A stretch of DNA of 63,590 nucleotides, counting the filler, from Octopus bimaculoides (lineage: Eukaryota), in the NCBI RefSeq assembly GCF_001194135.2. It is 6 parts of 6 records of this genome, joined end to end, with 100 filler letters (N's around TTAATTAATTAA, not from the genome) between each part and the next. Parts side by side here need not be neighbours in the genome. Positions count along the whole stretch, not along the records: positions 1 to 16,121 come from NC_068984.1; positions 16,222 to 33,663 come from NC_068983.1; 4 more parts are not named here. The stretch is one strand, 5' to 3'. Position numbers and translations under genes: made by a program. Each line of letters begins with the position of its first letter. Within the stretch, counting starts at the first letter, position 1. Shown here one piece after another: positions 13,310-24,842 of this stretch. The notes beneath the pieces were generated by a model. That model was given only the letters and a program-made list of their open reading frames with translations, was not told the DNA's origin and ran no database searches.

Positions 13310-13905
13310 ATTTACATATACATGAATGTATATGTACATATATACATATATATATATATATATGTGAGTGCGTATGCATGTACATACATGCATACATAAA
13401 CACATACATGCATTCATACAATGTACACCACAAACACACGTTATTCCAATTGAGCCCTAAAACTATTTGCATCATGTCGTCTAACTATCGAGAAATAATT
13501 CACCTTTCATGATTTTGTGCTCCATCCTAGTGTTTTTTATTAACATCATCATTTTCTGTCAAATTTATTTCATATAACTTCCAGCTATAGTTACCTAATA
13601 CTATTAAATGCCCTATTGTTCCCTTACAAGTGTTCGAAACCATAGTGTGTTTCACCGAGGGTTGGTGAAGACCTTCGTGTTATTTTAGTGACCTGTTTTT
13701 AATACCAATTTGTTTATATTTATTTATATTTGTTTATAACTCTTTCCTGCTCTTGTACAAGTAAACACCGGTCGTAAGACACTCCAGTTTCTCTGCATCC
13801 CTTCGACCTAAATTACTTCGTGCTTTGTTTAGTTTATTGAATTGATATGCCTGTATTTGTTTTTCTCACACTTTATAGCACATGCTTTCACTCACGCACG
13901 CACAC

Positions 13906-13948
<43 letters not shown>

Positions 13949-13994
13949 CATACATTTACACACACACACATACACACACATATATATATATATA

Positions 13995-14325
13995 GGTGCA
14001 GGAGTGGCTGTGTGGTATGATGTTTGCTTCCTAGCCACATGTTCCGGGTTCAGTGTCACTGCACCTTGGGCAAGTGTCTTCTACTTTGGCCTCAGGCCTA
14101 CCAGATCCTTGTGAATGAATATGGTGGCCGTATGTATGTGTGTGTTTATGTGTGTGCATTCGTGCCCCCATGACGGTTTTACAACCGGTGTTGGTATGTT
14201 CACGTCCCCGTATCTTATCAGTAAAAGTTACCGATTAATACGTACCTGGATTTAAGGAAACCAAAAGAACAAAAGTACTGGGATTGATTCGTTTGAATAA
14301 GATCATCCAAGATAATGTCCCAGAT
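13995..14325 (+). mobile_element. tRNA-derived CORE-type SINE, family O
   Basis: ggtgcaggagtggctgtgtggta...ccgggttcagtgtcactgcaccttgggcaagtgtcttctact...caaccggtgttggtatgttcacgtccccgta. It matches copies at 29398, 31530, 46375 and 57333. Confidence 0.75.
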
Positions 14326-14610
14326 AGCAATACTTGTAACTCACAAAGGCAAGTTACAAGTATTGCTATCTGTTGGAGACTTGTTTTAGTAGTAGAATTA
14401 GCACTTTAACTGCTATTTCTAAATTTCGGTATGAGGTGAAGCAACTGTTGCTGATCCCTTAATTATGTTTATAATTTTAAAAGAACTTTTTTATATAAGT
14501 TCTTTACCGATAATGGTTTTTTACATACCGAACTACTTGGTAAAAATTATTAATTATTAATTTATTAATGAATTAATAATCCTTTACCCTATATCTGTAA
14601 TGATATATAT

Positions 14611-14656
<46 letters not shown>

Positions 14657-14657
14657 C

Positions 14658-15290
14658 GGCTTGTGCAGCATCGCCTTCAAAGCCAGAGTTGGCAATCACC
14701 ACTCTAGCTTCAAGGGCCAAGCAAGATTTAAATCTTCTTTATCTCAGCTAATCCACAAACTTCAGTATGAATCAATTCTTTATAAACTAAAGTGGTCCAC
14801 AGTCACCCATTTTAAACCATATACTCACTACAACAGCAAGTGTAATCTCTGCATCACCGATGTCTTCTCTCTTATGTAATCCACCGATTGTTTGAACGAA
14901 CGGAATAGCATAATTTTTACTTGTCGCCACAAATTATGCAATACACTCTCAAAGTACAAATAACAATTCCCTCACTACACTCCCGCGACATTCCCTAACT
15001 ATCTCACCTGCCCCTAATTGATATTTTTCATATATATATTTACAACAAACAACTTTTTAACGATCTTTATATTTTCTAAACTTTTTATTTTTTATTTTTG
15101 CTTTTGTATTTCCCACCAGTTTTCCTTACCCTTTCTATTTTACAAGCTTTCATAACGTTTTTATTTCTACACATATCCCGTCCACACATGTACACATCTA
15201 CTAGATTCTACAAGCGCACAACAAATAGGCGCATGCGCACTAGTACGCGCTTATATAATTTTAGATTTAAGCTATTATTTAAGCCTTACC
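14658..15290 (+). mobile_element. 5'-truncated PLE endonuclease fragment between two (TA)n tracts
   Basis: FKARVGNHHSSF...SSLSQLIHKL...YKLKW...KPY...CNLCIT...CLNERNSIIFTCRHKL, the same GIY-YIG C-terminal motif order as 598-1290. Confidence 0.7.
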
Positions 15291-15291
15291 C

Positions 15292-15359
<68 letters not shown>

Positions 15360-16082
15360 CAGTAGGCTATATAATACCGCTTGCTAAAGTCAGAGCCAAG
15401 GCTCCAAAACCACCATAGACTCACAATAAATATACCGACGAGCAATGCAATGAACATATTCAACCTTTGCGTTGAATACATCAGCAAGCAATGCATATTT
15501 CAATGCCAATTAATTTTACCCTCAGCATGACCAACATACTCTGGGATCTTCAGCTTAAAATAACATGTTAACATCTATTTCTAAAATATTCACGACATTA
15601 GCTCGTGTGCGTTCCTTACTTTAAACGCCCCCCTCTGTTTAAAAGAAAACTATCGTGATCAAGAATAAATTTTAAATAAAGATACATTATTACCGTTATT
15701 AATTGCATTAATAAGGTAATAATAAAGTAACCACCAAGTTCACATCGTTAGAGGCACAATATAAGAGCCAAGGATCCAAAACCACCATTAACTCACACGA
15801 GCAATGCAATGAACATATTAGAAATAGGCTTACCCTTGCGTTGAATACATCAGTAAGTAATGTATATTTCAATACAAATTGATTTTACCTTCTGCATGAC
15901 CAACATACTCTGGGATCTATATATGTGTGTTAGGAGCGATGTGGTCGCAGAAATTGTCTGACAGCCAATACTGGATTCTCCTGCTTGTGCAGCTTGGTGC
16001 AGAGTCTTATTGCCAGACACAGGGTCTTCCAGCAGCCACTCTTTATATATATATATGTGTGTGTGTATGTGTGTGTGTGTGT

Positions 16083-16121
<39 letters not shown>

Positions 16122-16221
16122 NNNNNNNNNNNNNNNNNNNNNNNNNNNNNNNNNNNNNNNNNNNNTTAATTAATTAANNNNNNNNNNNNNNNNNNNNNNN
16201 NNNNNNNNNNNNNNNNNNNNN
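16122..16221. other. Artificial scaffold join N44-TTAATTAATTAA-N44 (also 33664-33763, 50006-50105, 54439-54538, 56442-56541)
   Basis: An identical 100-bp construct occurs five times, and the 12-mer has stops in all six frames. Confidence 0.95.
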
Positions 16222-16255
16222 ATAAAAGAATATATATATATATATATAGTCACAT

Positions 16256-16638
16256 GTTGTTGGCACTCCGTCGCTTTCGACGTCGAGGGTTCCAGTTGAT
16301 CCAATCAACGGAACAGCCTACTCATGAAATTAACGTGCAAGTGGCTGAGCACTCCACAGACACGTGTACCATTAACGTAGTTCTCGGGGATATTCAGCGT
16401 GACACAGAGTGATAAGGCTGGCTCTTTGAATTATAGGCATAACAGAAACAGGAAGTAAGAGTGAGAGAAAGTTGTGGTGAAAGAGTACAGCAGGGTTCGC
16501 TACCATCCCCTGCCGGAGCCTCGTGGCGCTTTAGGTGTTTTCGCTCAATAAACACTCACAGCGCCCGGTCTGGGAATCGAAACCGCGATCCTATGACCGC
16601 GAGTCCGCTGCCCTAAACACTAGGCCATTGCCACTCCA
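16256..16638 (-). mobile_element. SINE family A, full length
   Basis: Reverse complement of the 3411-3791 family along its whole length. Confidence 0.9.
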
Positions 16639-16933
16639 CTATTCACATGTATATACATGTAAAAATGTCACTCTCTCTTTTTTTTATCTCTCTCTCACCA
16701 GAATTATATATATATAAATATAATATCTAGTTATCGAGGTGTTGGAAGCAAGCTAACTTCAAGCAATCCGTAGTCAATAGAGAAAAAAAAAACAACATTC
16801 GAAGAGAAAAGTGGCTAATTGAGACGGAAGATTGTGGATTTTTTTCCGTATCGAAGGACAATAAGCTGAAACAAAGTTCTTTTTATATTCCACGGTAGGC
16901 GACCAGGGTTGCCGGCTATGCGTATAAGAAGAC

Positions 16934-17553
16934 AAGAGTTACGGAATCGAGTAGGTTAGATCCGGGCTACGTATGTTTCATAGCGGGCGGAACCTCAGCT
17001 AACCATACTTAAATCTCACACTCTATCTTGCTTCATTCATACACTCTTTCTCCCCGTTAACAAACAATATTTCCCCTCCCTCTTCTCTCTAAATTATCTT
17101 TTCTTCAGGTACCAATCCCCTTATTAAATTCTGCGACTTAGCCAAATCAGCTCTATTCTTTAGTACCAGTCAATTGACCTTTCTCACACCCTTATATTTT
17201 CGTCATTTTCTTTCAATTTTCATTCTTCTAATACTCATTTCTCCCTACATTTATACGCTCCTCTCATACTGTGCCCTTTACACATTTCGATTGAATCTTC
17301 CATGCGTCTACATGTACATCCTAGGGACAATGTAACCTTTAATTTAATCAAGATATTCTTGGCCTTAAGATATAGCCGGCGGGTTACATCTCGCTTGGGT
17401 TATTACCACTTCTGAGTTTCCACCCGCTATGGAACATATGTAGCTCGGATCTTACCTAGTCTATTCCGTAACTCTTATTTCACGCTTGATGAAAGTACGC
17501 ATGTGCGGGAAACTGTTAGTAGCGCTATAAGTATATATAGTTGAATCGGTTGG

Positions 17554-17588
<35 letters not shown>

Positions 17589-17893
17589 NNNNNNNNNNNN
17601 NNNNNNNNNNNNNNNNNNNNNNNNNNNNNNNNNNNNNNNNNNNNNNNNNNNNNNNNNNNNNNNNNNNNNNNNNNNNNNNNNNNNNNNNNNNNNNNNNNNN
17701 NNNNNNNNNNNNNNNNNNNNNNNNNNNNNNNNNNNNNNNNNNNNNNNNNNNNNNNNNNNNNNNNNNNNNNNNNNNNNNNNNNNNNNNNNNNNNNNNNNNN
17801 NNNNNNNNNNNNNNNNNNNNNNNNNNNNNNNNNNNNNNNNNNNNNNNNNNNNNNNNNNNNNNNNNNNNNNNNNNNNNNNNNNNNNNNNNNNNN

Positions 17894-17943
<50 letters not shown>

Positions 17944-18157
17944 TGCGTGTATGTGTGTGCGCGTACACACACACGCACACACATATATAAATGCATATAA
18001 TATCCTTGGCCTGAAGAGCAGCCGGTGGGGTATACCTCACTTGGATTTTTACCACTTCTGAGGCTCCACCCGCTATGCAACATATGTTCTCGGATCTTAC
18101 CTACTCCGTTCTGTAACACGTGTTTCACGTCTGATGAACATACGCATGTACGGGAAT
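16934..18157. repeat. Repeat cassette carrying two tandem hammerhead motifs: two direct copies and one inverted partial copy
   Basis: 17357-17525 and 18003-18157 are direct copies; 16934-16998 is the inverse of 17412-17476. HHR-A lies at 17361-17445 and 18008-18090. HHR-B lies at 17483-17524 and 18126-18156. Confidence 0.7.
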
Positions 18158-18687
18158 TTTACTGTGAAAACTAAATTGGTAGAAAATTCAGAAAAATTTC
18201 ATATCAGTGGCTAGCATGCATAATAAAAGTCAATAGACTACGTATTTTCATATTTTAAAGGGTATAATCTTATATACAAAAGAGTCTGATATTTTTCTAA
18301 ATGTTTACCCTTTTAATTTTAACAGTAAAATTTTCATAATTAGTAAGCAGTTTTAATTTTATCATTTGCTGCTGACTATATGACCGCGCTTGCGCAGTTG
18401 ATTTGAAAACATAAATGTATAAGTATGCAGCAGAAAGAGAATTTCGGTGCGTATTTGCTGCATAATTATATATTGCCTTTGGCGATCCCACTGACGAAGT
18501 ACAGATGACAAATTAATCTATTTGTTCATTAATACAGAAACTCGAGTTGGGGATTGACTGTAAATAATTCGGGTTTTCATTCTCTGTGGAATTACTATTT
18601 TTGTGGTTTATGTTTGGTTGCCCTTTCTAGCATGTAAGGTATCCTGTAGAGGGTTGCCTCTTTTGTATATAATATTATACACGCTTA

Positions 18688-19514
18688 TATTATGTCGTCA
18701 AGTATGAAATTTGTAGAAAAGAAAGGATTGCTAATATTTATAAATACAAAGAATAGTTTTATTCATCAAATTATGTACTCATATTGTCAATACGTTTTTG
18801 CCATTTCAGCGGTAGCTTGTCTAACTCGGAACTGTAAAACTCTAGCAATCTAGGGTCACTAAAATCTTGGAAGGCCTGTTTTACAGCATCGTCAGAATTA
18901 AAGTTTTTTCTTATCAAAGCATTATCCAAATTCTGGAAGAAGTAATAGTGAGTGAGGAAAAGATCAGGTGAGTATAGCGGCTGATGGAGAACTTCCATCT
19001 CCAACTCCTGTAGTTTCACCAATGTAATTTTTGCTATGTGTGGTCTCGCGTTCTCTTGTAAAATAGGAGTGGATCTGTTACTAATCTAGGCTGTTTTTTT
19101 TTGTAAGTTTCTGCATCGTTTGGTCCAGTTGGCTGCAGTATGCTTCGGCCTTGATTAATGAGCCAGGTTTAATGAAATCATAATGGATCACACATGCGCC
19201 AGACCACCAAACACACACTATCAGCATCTTTTGATGAATTTTGGTTTTTGGACAATGTGTTGGTGGCTCATCTATGTCCAACCATTGAGCTGAATGTTAT
19301 CCTGGATTCGATTCAAAAATGATTAATTTTTGTGACGAGAAAGTAGCATAATGAAGGGTTCCAAATGTTGCTGTTTCTGATTTTCAGTGAGTTCATGTGG
19401 AACCCACTTATCCATCTTTTCACTTTACCAATTTGAACTAGGTGAGTGAAAATTGTTTGTTTGCTAACATTAAACAACATCGACACTTCACAGGCACTTT
19501 CAGATGGACTGACG
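18688..19514 (-). mobile_element. Mariner transposase pseudogene, 3' part with TIR
   Basis: KWVPHEL, KMLIVCVWWS...VIHYDFIKPG, QENARPH, VLHQPLYSPDL...YFFQNLDN, KLPLKWQKRID. TIR-like tattatgtcgtcaagtatgaaat at 18688-18710. The 5' part is lost in the gap. Confidence 0.9.
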
Positions 19515-19836
19515 NNNNNNNNNNNNNNNNNNNNNNNNNNNNNNNNNNNNNNNNNNNNNNNNNNNNNNNNNNNNNNNNNNNNNNNNNNNNNNNNNNNNNN
19601 NNNNNNNNNNNNNNNNNNNNNNNNNNNNNNNNNNNNNNNNNNNNNNNNNNNNNNNNNNNNNNNNNNNNNNNNNNNNNNNNNNNNNNNNNNNNNNNNNNNN
19701 NNNNNNNNNNNNNNNNNNNNNNNNNNNNNNNNNNNNNNNNNNNNNNNNNNNNNNNNNNNNNNNNNNNNNNNNNNNNNNNNNNNNNNNNNNNNNNNNNNNN
19801 NNNNNNNNNNNNNNNNNNNNNNNNNNNNNNNNNNNN

Positions 19837-19883
<47 letters not shown>

Positions 19884-19986
19884 CGTATGATTTCATGCTC
19901 ATTCTTGTAATAAACAATAATGCATCGATATCTTGTGTTACATTATGATATGTACAATCCGAGGGTTGTTTGGTTACTTTGCTCCT

Positions 19987-20150
19987 TGTTATGTCTCAAG
20001 CTACTGCTATCTAGCACCTTCGGATGATCTCTACTCAGCCGCTAAACGACGGCTACTCAACACTACTCAACATCTCTGCCACGGCTAGACTACCTCTATT
20101 TATATGTCTTGGGCGATCCTAATTCTTCGCTTGGGGGCGTCGACACAACA
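19987..20150 (-). repeat. 3' LTR of the Gypsy element
   Basis: Direct repeat of 21688-21851, preceded on the minus strand by a polypurine tract at 20151-20160. Confidence 0.95.
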
Positions 20151-20475
20151 CCTCCCCCTTATGAGTTTCTTTTTCTCCTTCGAAAAAAAAAAACCGGATT
20201 TATCAATTTTATTTCCTCGGTGAGAAACTGGCATATCTTTTTCTGTTAGCATTTATTCCAATCATTTCTGTAGGTTTACTCTTCCTACTCGACCTACGTG
20301 TCAGTTCCGTTTTCGCTTGTGATTCTGGGACCTTCAACAAATCATACCATATATCCATTTGTTCCTCTTGCTTCTCTTGGTTTCAGGTATATCTTTTTTT
20401 AAAATTGGTTTAAATGCCTTCTCTGTTCTTATGTCGGTCCTTTTGCTGTGTACATCACATTACCCAGACGTCCCG

Positions 20476-21623
20476 TTATACTTCCTTGTTCCCAGTCCTG
20501 TTTTTTAGTTTTATTTCTGTTGAGATTTCACCCAAGAATCGAACTTGTTCTCCTGATACACCATGGGCTATCCTAGTAGTCTTTTTATACAACGGCCTGC
20601 CTATTTTACTCCATGTTGCCGTATTTATTATCGATAAGACTGAACCTGTATCTAATTGCATTTTGGTCTGAAAACCATTTACTTCTTCTGACACAAATTT
20701 TCGGTTTTGTCTGGTATAGGTTACTTTTGTTGAGTAGACTTTCTTTTGTTTTACCGTTTTCTTTGATTGGCATTTCGACTGTATATGCGCAATTTTACCA
20801 CACTTAAAACAGGTTTTATCTTTTTAGGGGCAATCTTTCCTCAAGTGTCGCTCTCCGCAACCATAGCACCGTTTTGAATTTATATTTTTCTTTCTTTGTA
20901 TACTTTCTTTACACATTTGTACATTATTCTTGTCTTCTATTTTCCTTGTACCATCTCGAATGTTTATTATTTGTTGGCATTCTTCAGCCATTTTTTGCAA
21001 AGTGAGTTTGACATATTGGTTCAACTTTGATAATATTATTTTTCTAATTTCCGCGTCTTCTGTTGCCACTAGCCCTTTAACGAATATTGAACACTTGAAC
21101 ATATCTGGCGTTAATTCTTCCAACTTGAACCTTTCGTAAGCCTTATTAACCATACCAGCATATGTGACAAACTCATCAGGCTCGTTCTTCTTTATGTTTA
21201 AACATTCCCATCGAATGTTAAACTGTGAACTTTTCTCGCTAAAAATATTCGTCAAAATATTTATCGTTTCCTCAAAACACAATTCGGCGGGCTTTCTCGG
21301 TAAAATAAAGTTACAAAAACTTTCGTGTTCCGGAGTAGCAAGCTTTCGCAAAAGGAGTCTTACCTCCCTTTCACTAGACCATCCCTTGCATTCCTCTCTT
21401 CATATCGTCTGTAATATGCCGCAAAAGTAGTTCCTTCATCTGGATCATACTGAAATTCTTCGATCGAATTTGCAACACCATCTGCTGAAAATGATTCTGT
21501 AGTATTTTTCGCCGGCAGTAACAATTCTTTTAACTTCTATAGTTGCTGCTGCTGCTGCTGCTGCTCTTGTTGTTTCACTACTGCTTTCAGTAACTCTTCT
21601 ATTTTTGGTGCTATTAGAGACAT
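20476..21623 (-). pseudogene. gag-protease pseudogene of the Gypsy element
   Basis: MSLIAPKIEELLKAVVKQQEQQQQQQL*...EFQYDPDEGTTFAAYYRRYE, a frameshift, then LLLRKLATPEHESFCNFILPRKP...CYGCGERHLRKDCP*KDKTCFKCGKIAHIQSKC...MQLDTGSVLSIIN. Confidence 0.88.
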
Positions 21624-21673
21624 CGTCGCCACTGTTATATCGCAATACTGCACAGTGGTTGTGTGAGCTTCGA

Positions 21674-21686
21674 ATCCTCGTCGCCA
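21674..21686 (-). promoter_or_regulatory. Primer binding site complementary to the tRNA-Ser(GCU) 3' end
   Basis: tggcgacgaggat lies 1 nt inside the 5' LTR and complements ...ATCCTCGTCGCCA, the eukaryotic tRNA-Ser(GCU) 3' end as I recall it. Confidence 0.8.
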
Positions 21687-21687
21687 C

Positions 21688-21851
21688 TGTTATGTCTCAA
21701 GCTACTGCTATCTAGCACCTTCGGATGATCTCTGCTCAACCGCTACACGACGGCTACTCAACACTACTCAACTCCTCTACCACGGCTAGACTACCTCTAT
21801 TTATTTTTCTTGGCCGATCCTACTTCTTCGCTTGGGGGCATCGACACAACA
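21688..21851 (-). repeat. 5' LTR of the Gypsy element
   Basis: Direct repeat of 19987-20150 with TG...CA termini. Confidence 0.95.
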
Positions 21852-22780
21852 CTACTTATGATGGAGAATGTTGAATATGCCTTCATTTTATGATGCGTTT
21901 GGTGATTTTACTTCTTAATTTGGTGAATTTATTTCATAGTTGATGTTATCATATTTTATTTTCCTTAACCCCAGGTTTTCTCAGATCAAAATCAAGAATC
22001 ATGCTAAGAGAAATTAACCAATAACTCTGTCTACTGGAAACACGTTTTTGAATTTTCGGTGCTCCTTTTTCGCGATAGGTTGTGATTTCAATGAAACTTT
22101 ATTGGCAATTAGAGACACAACTGAAAGATTCACTGATTTTTCTTTGCAAAATATCTTAAGGAAAGCTTCCTACAATGATCAGCTTCTAATGACATAAGGT
22201 AGTATATGTTGTACCTTGTTTCTTCATTTTTGAAAATCGAACGACCGTTTATGGGCTTATTATTATCTGGAAATTTACTATTTGTTCCGAAGGTATGCAG
22301 TTCAATAAATCAGCACCAATACTAGAAAGCTACATATATATCACAATACTTGAGAATCGATTCTTTGCTGCGGCCAGATTTTAACACATAGCATAGCAAA
22401 ATTTATTTAGTTGCGTTTCCTTACTAATTTTGTTATCCGTCGAACTTCGTTAATAAACATAATTTGTAGTATTTGAGAAAATGTTGACAATCAAATAGAT
22501 GTACTGCAATACTACAATTCAACATATTTCAAGAAACTTTGACAGATAAAAAGAAAATTAAACTTGACAGGATTTGAACTCAGACTGAAAAGTAACGCAT
22601 GAATGAAGCGGAACATACTTTATTTAGCTCTCAAACGAATTCATCGCTTAACGCTTTTCTCTTCACCTCTAATAATAGAAAGAGTTTTCTAATATTTGAT
22701 AAGTTTCTCTATCCTCATCTCTCCCTTTATCTCTCTTCTGTTATACATTTGCACATAGTTATAAATAAATAAATAAATAA

Positions 22781-22815
<35 letters not shown>

Positions 22816-22912
22816 GTTATATATCTATATATAACTATATACTTATATATATATATGCATATTTATGTATGTATGTATATATTAACATCTTTATATATAC
22901 ATGTATACACAA

Positions 22913-22949
<37 letters not shown>

Positions 22950-24807
22950 ATGCATGTATGTTTACAATGTATACATACGTACGTAGCATAAATTACATTA
23001 TTATAGTTCTCGAGCCACTGATAGACGAGTTAGCGTCAAAATAATTTTTATGGCGAAACTACAAGAATTTACTACCGATTCTTATTTATTAAAGGATTAT
23101 CGAAAAAGCATTCGATGAAAGTAACCCTTTAATGATAATACGTTTATTCGAAAGAATGACTTATCTACGGTTTGATCTTTAGCTGCAGTGAACAAGTTAA
23201 CATTAACGTTGACGAGAGAAGGTGCAATAATGTTATTGCATTATGGATTATGAATCAGTGGTGGTCGGGGGTGAACATGTGGTTAGGAAATGGATGGTGG
23301 TAGGGAGAGATATATGAACTTCCATCACAGGGGAATGATTCATTTCAATTTTTTGTTTCCTTTATAGTAAGAAATATGTTGTTATAGCTGGCTTATCAAC
23401 ACATCCTTGATGAAGCATATGCGATCGATTAATTCTTACATCCTTATACCTCGAAACATTTCCTTTTCTGTTTCGTCTCTTTCACTCTTTCTGTCTCTTT
23501 ATCCCTCTCTCGGCTTCCTGTCATCGACTTATTTGATCAAAGGGAATATTAACATAAATCTCTCGCCGGACAAGACGAGTGAGGCTAATAGCTGTAAATT
23601 CTACGGAGTATGAAGAAACTACCTATTTATTTAGCCTACCAAACGGCTCAACGATATTTCAATGTGTTATGCTTGATATGACATTAGTAGGCTCCTCGTT
23701 TACTATCTACAGGTCATTTACAGAAATGTAAGAGCTAAATGTCCACCAAAATAGAACTTATCTCTTCTTCAGCACGCGTTCTTTAATCGTTCGGAATGAT
23801 ATACGGTTGAGGTAATTTTAATTCTTTTATCATCACCCTGCAAAGATATATTTTCTTTCTGCGTAAGAAAAAGGGTTTGTAGTTGAGAGATCTGCAAGGG
23901 GAGTGATTGCTGAAACCATTCTTGAAGTGCATAACTGTTACTTTAGTTCGTGGCTGCTAATTTATTTTCTCTTTATTATGATTTTTTTTTAATGTTTTGC
24001 GCTGCGTACTAAGTACGGATGGAAGAAAAGCCAACATCAGCATATCAACAGGATACAGAAAATCAACAAGATTTTGTAGCTAACACATCAAATAGCAGCA
24101 CCAAAGCTATCAACGAAAGCATACAAACACATACACACGCATACACGCATACACACACAAACGTGCACACGCACACATACAACATATAGTAAACAAGCAT
24201 ACAAAAATGTCAAGCAAACTTTAGAATATAAAATATTAATTATAATCTCTTCAGATATTTCGAATTAAGTTTTAATCACTGTATTTTTAATAGCATCGCA
24301 ACCAAACCCAAATAAAATATATGGCATTTTTCTTGTTAAATCTACATGAATAAATCAGTGATGACAGACAAACTCCCCAAAAAAAGCAAAAAAAAAAAAT
24401 ACAGATATAGAATATATTCATATATAAATATGAAAATTTTTAATCTTCTCATTTACGCAGGAAAAAAATACAGAAACAAATGGATGTAGGAAAATATCAC
24501 GGATTAAAAAGAAAAAAGCAATTTTTATAGTGATGATAGACATAGTTTTCATTTTTGTTTTATAAAAAAAGTAAACTCTGAATACAAAAATCATAGATAC
24601 AAGCTCACATTAGCAGTGAATTTATTTACTCGAGGCAATGATGAATAAAATTTNNNNNNNNNNNNNNNNNNNNNNNNNNNNNNNNNNNNNNNNNNNNNNN
24701 NNNNNNNNNNNNNNNNNNNNNNNNNNNNNNNNNNNNNNNNNNNNNNNNNNNNNNNNNNNNNNNNNNNNNNNNNNNNNNNNNNNNNNNNNNNNNNNNNNNN
24801 NNNNATA

Positions 24808-24842
<35 letters not shown>

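Larger units (their letters stand above)
19987..21851 (-). mobile_element. Internally deleted Ty3/Gypsy (Mag-like) LTR retrotransposon, 1865 bp
   Basis: Two 164-bp TG...CA LTRs with 11 mismatches, PBS tggcgacgaggat, PPT aagggggagg and TSD ctcct/ctact. It encodes gag with two CCHC knuckles and protease LDTGS, with no RT, RNase H or integrase core. Confidence 0.93.

Noticed and set aside
15229-15238. Perfect NRF1 motif GCGCATGCGC
   Set aside because: It lies within the 3' region of a PLE fragment with no other promoter evidence.
16166-16177. TTAATTAATTAA repeated five times in the window
   Set aside because: It is always centred in N44 flanks, 100 bp in total, so it is an assembly linker and not biological. 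Distances and adjacency across these joins are unreliable.
23406-23430. cttgatga-agcatatgc-gatc hammerhead-like start (similarly 54705-54740 and 53960-54005)
   Set aside because: GAAA or stem I is missing, so these are too degenerate to call individually.
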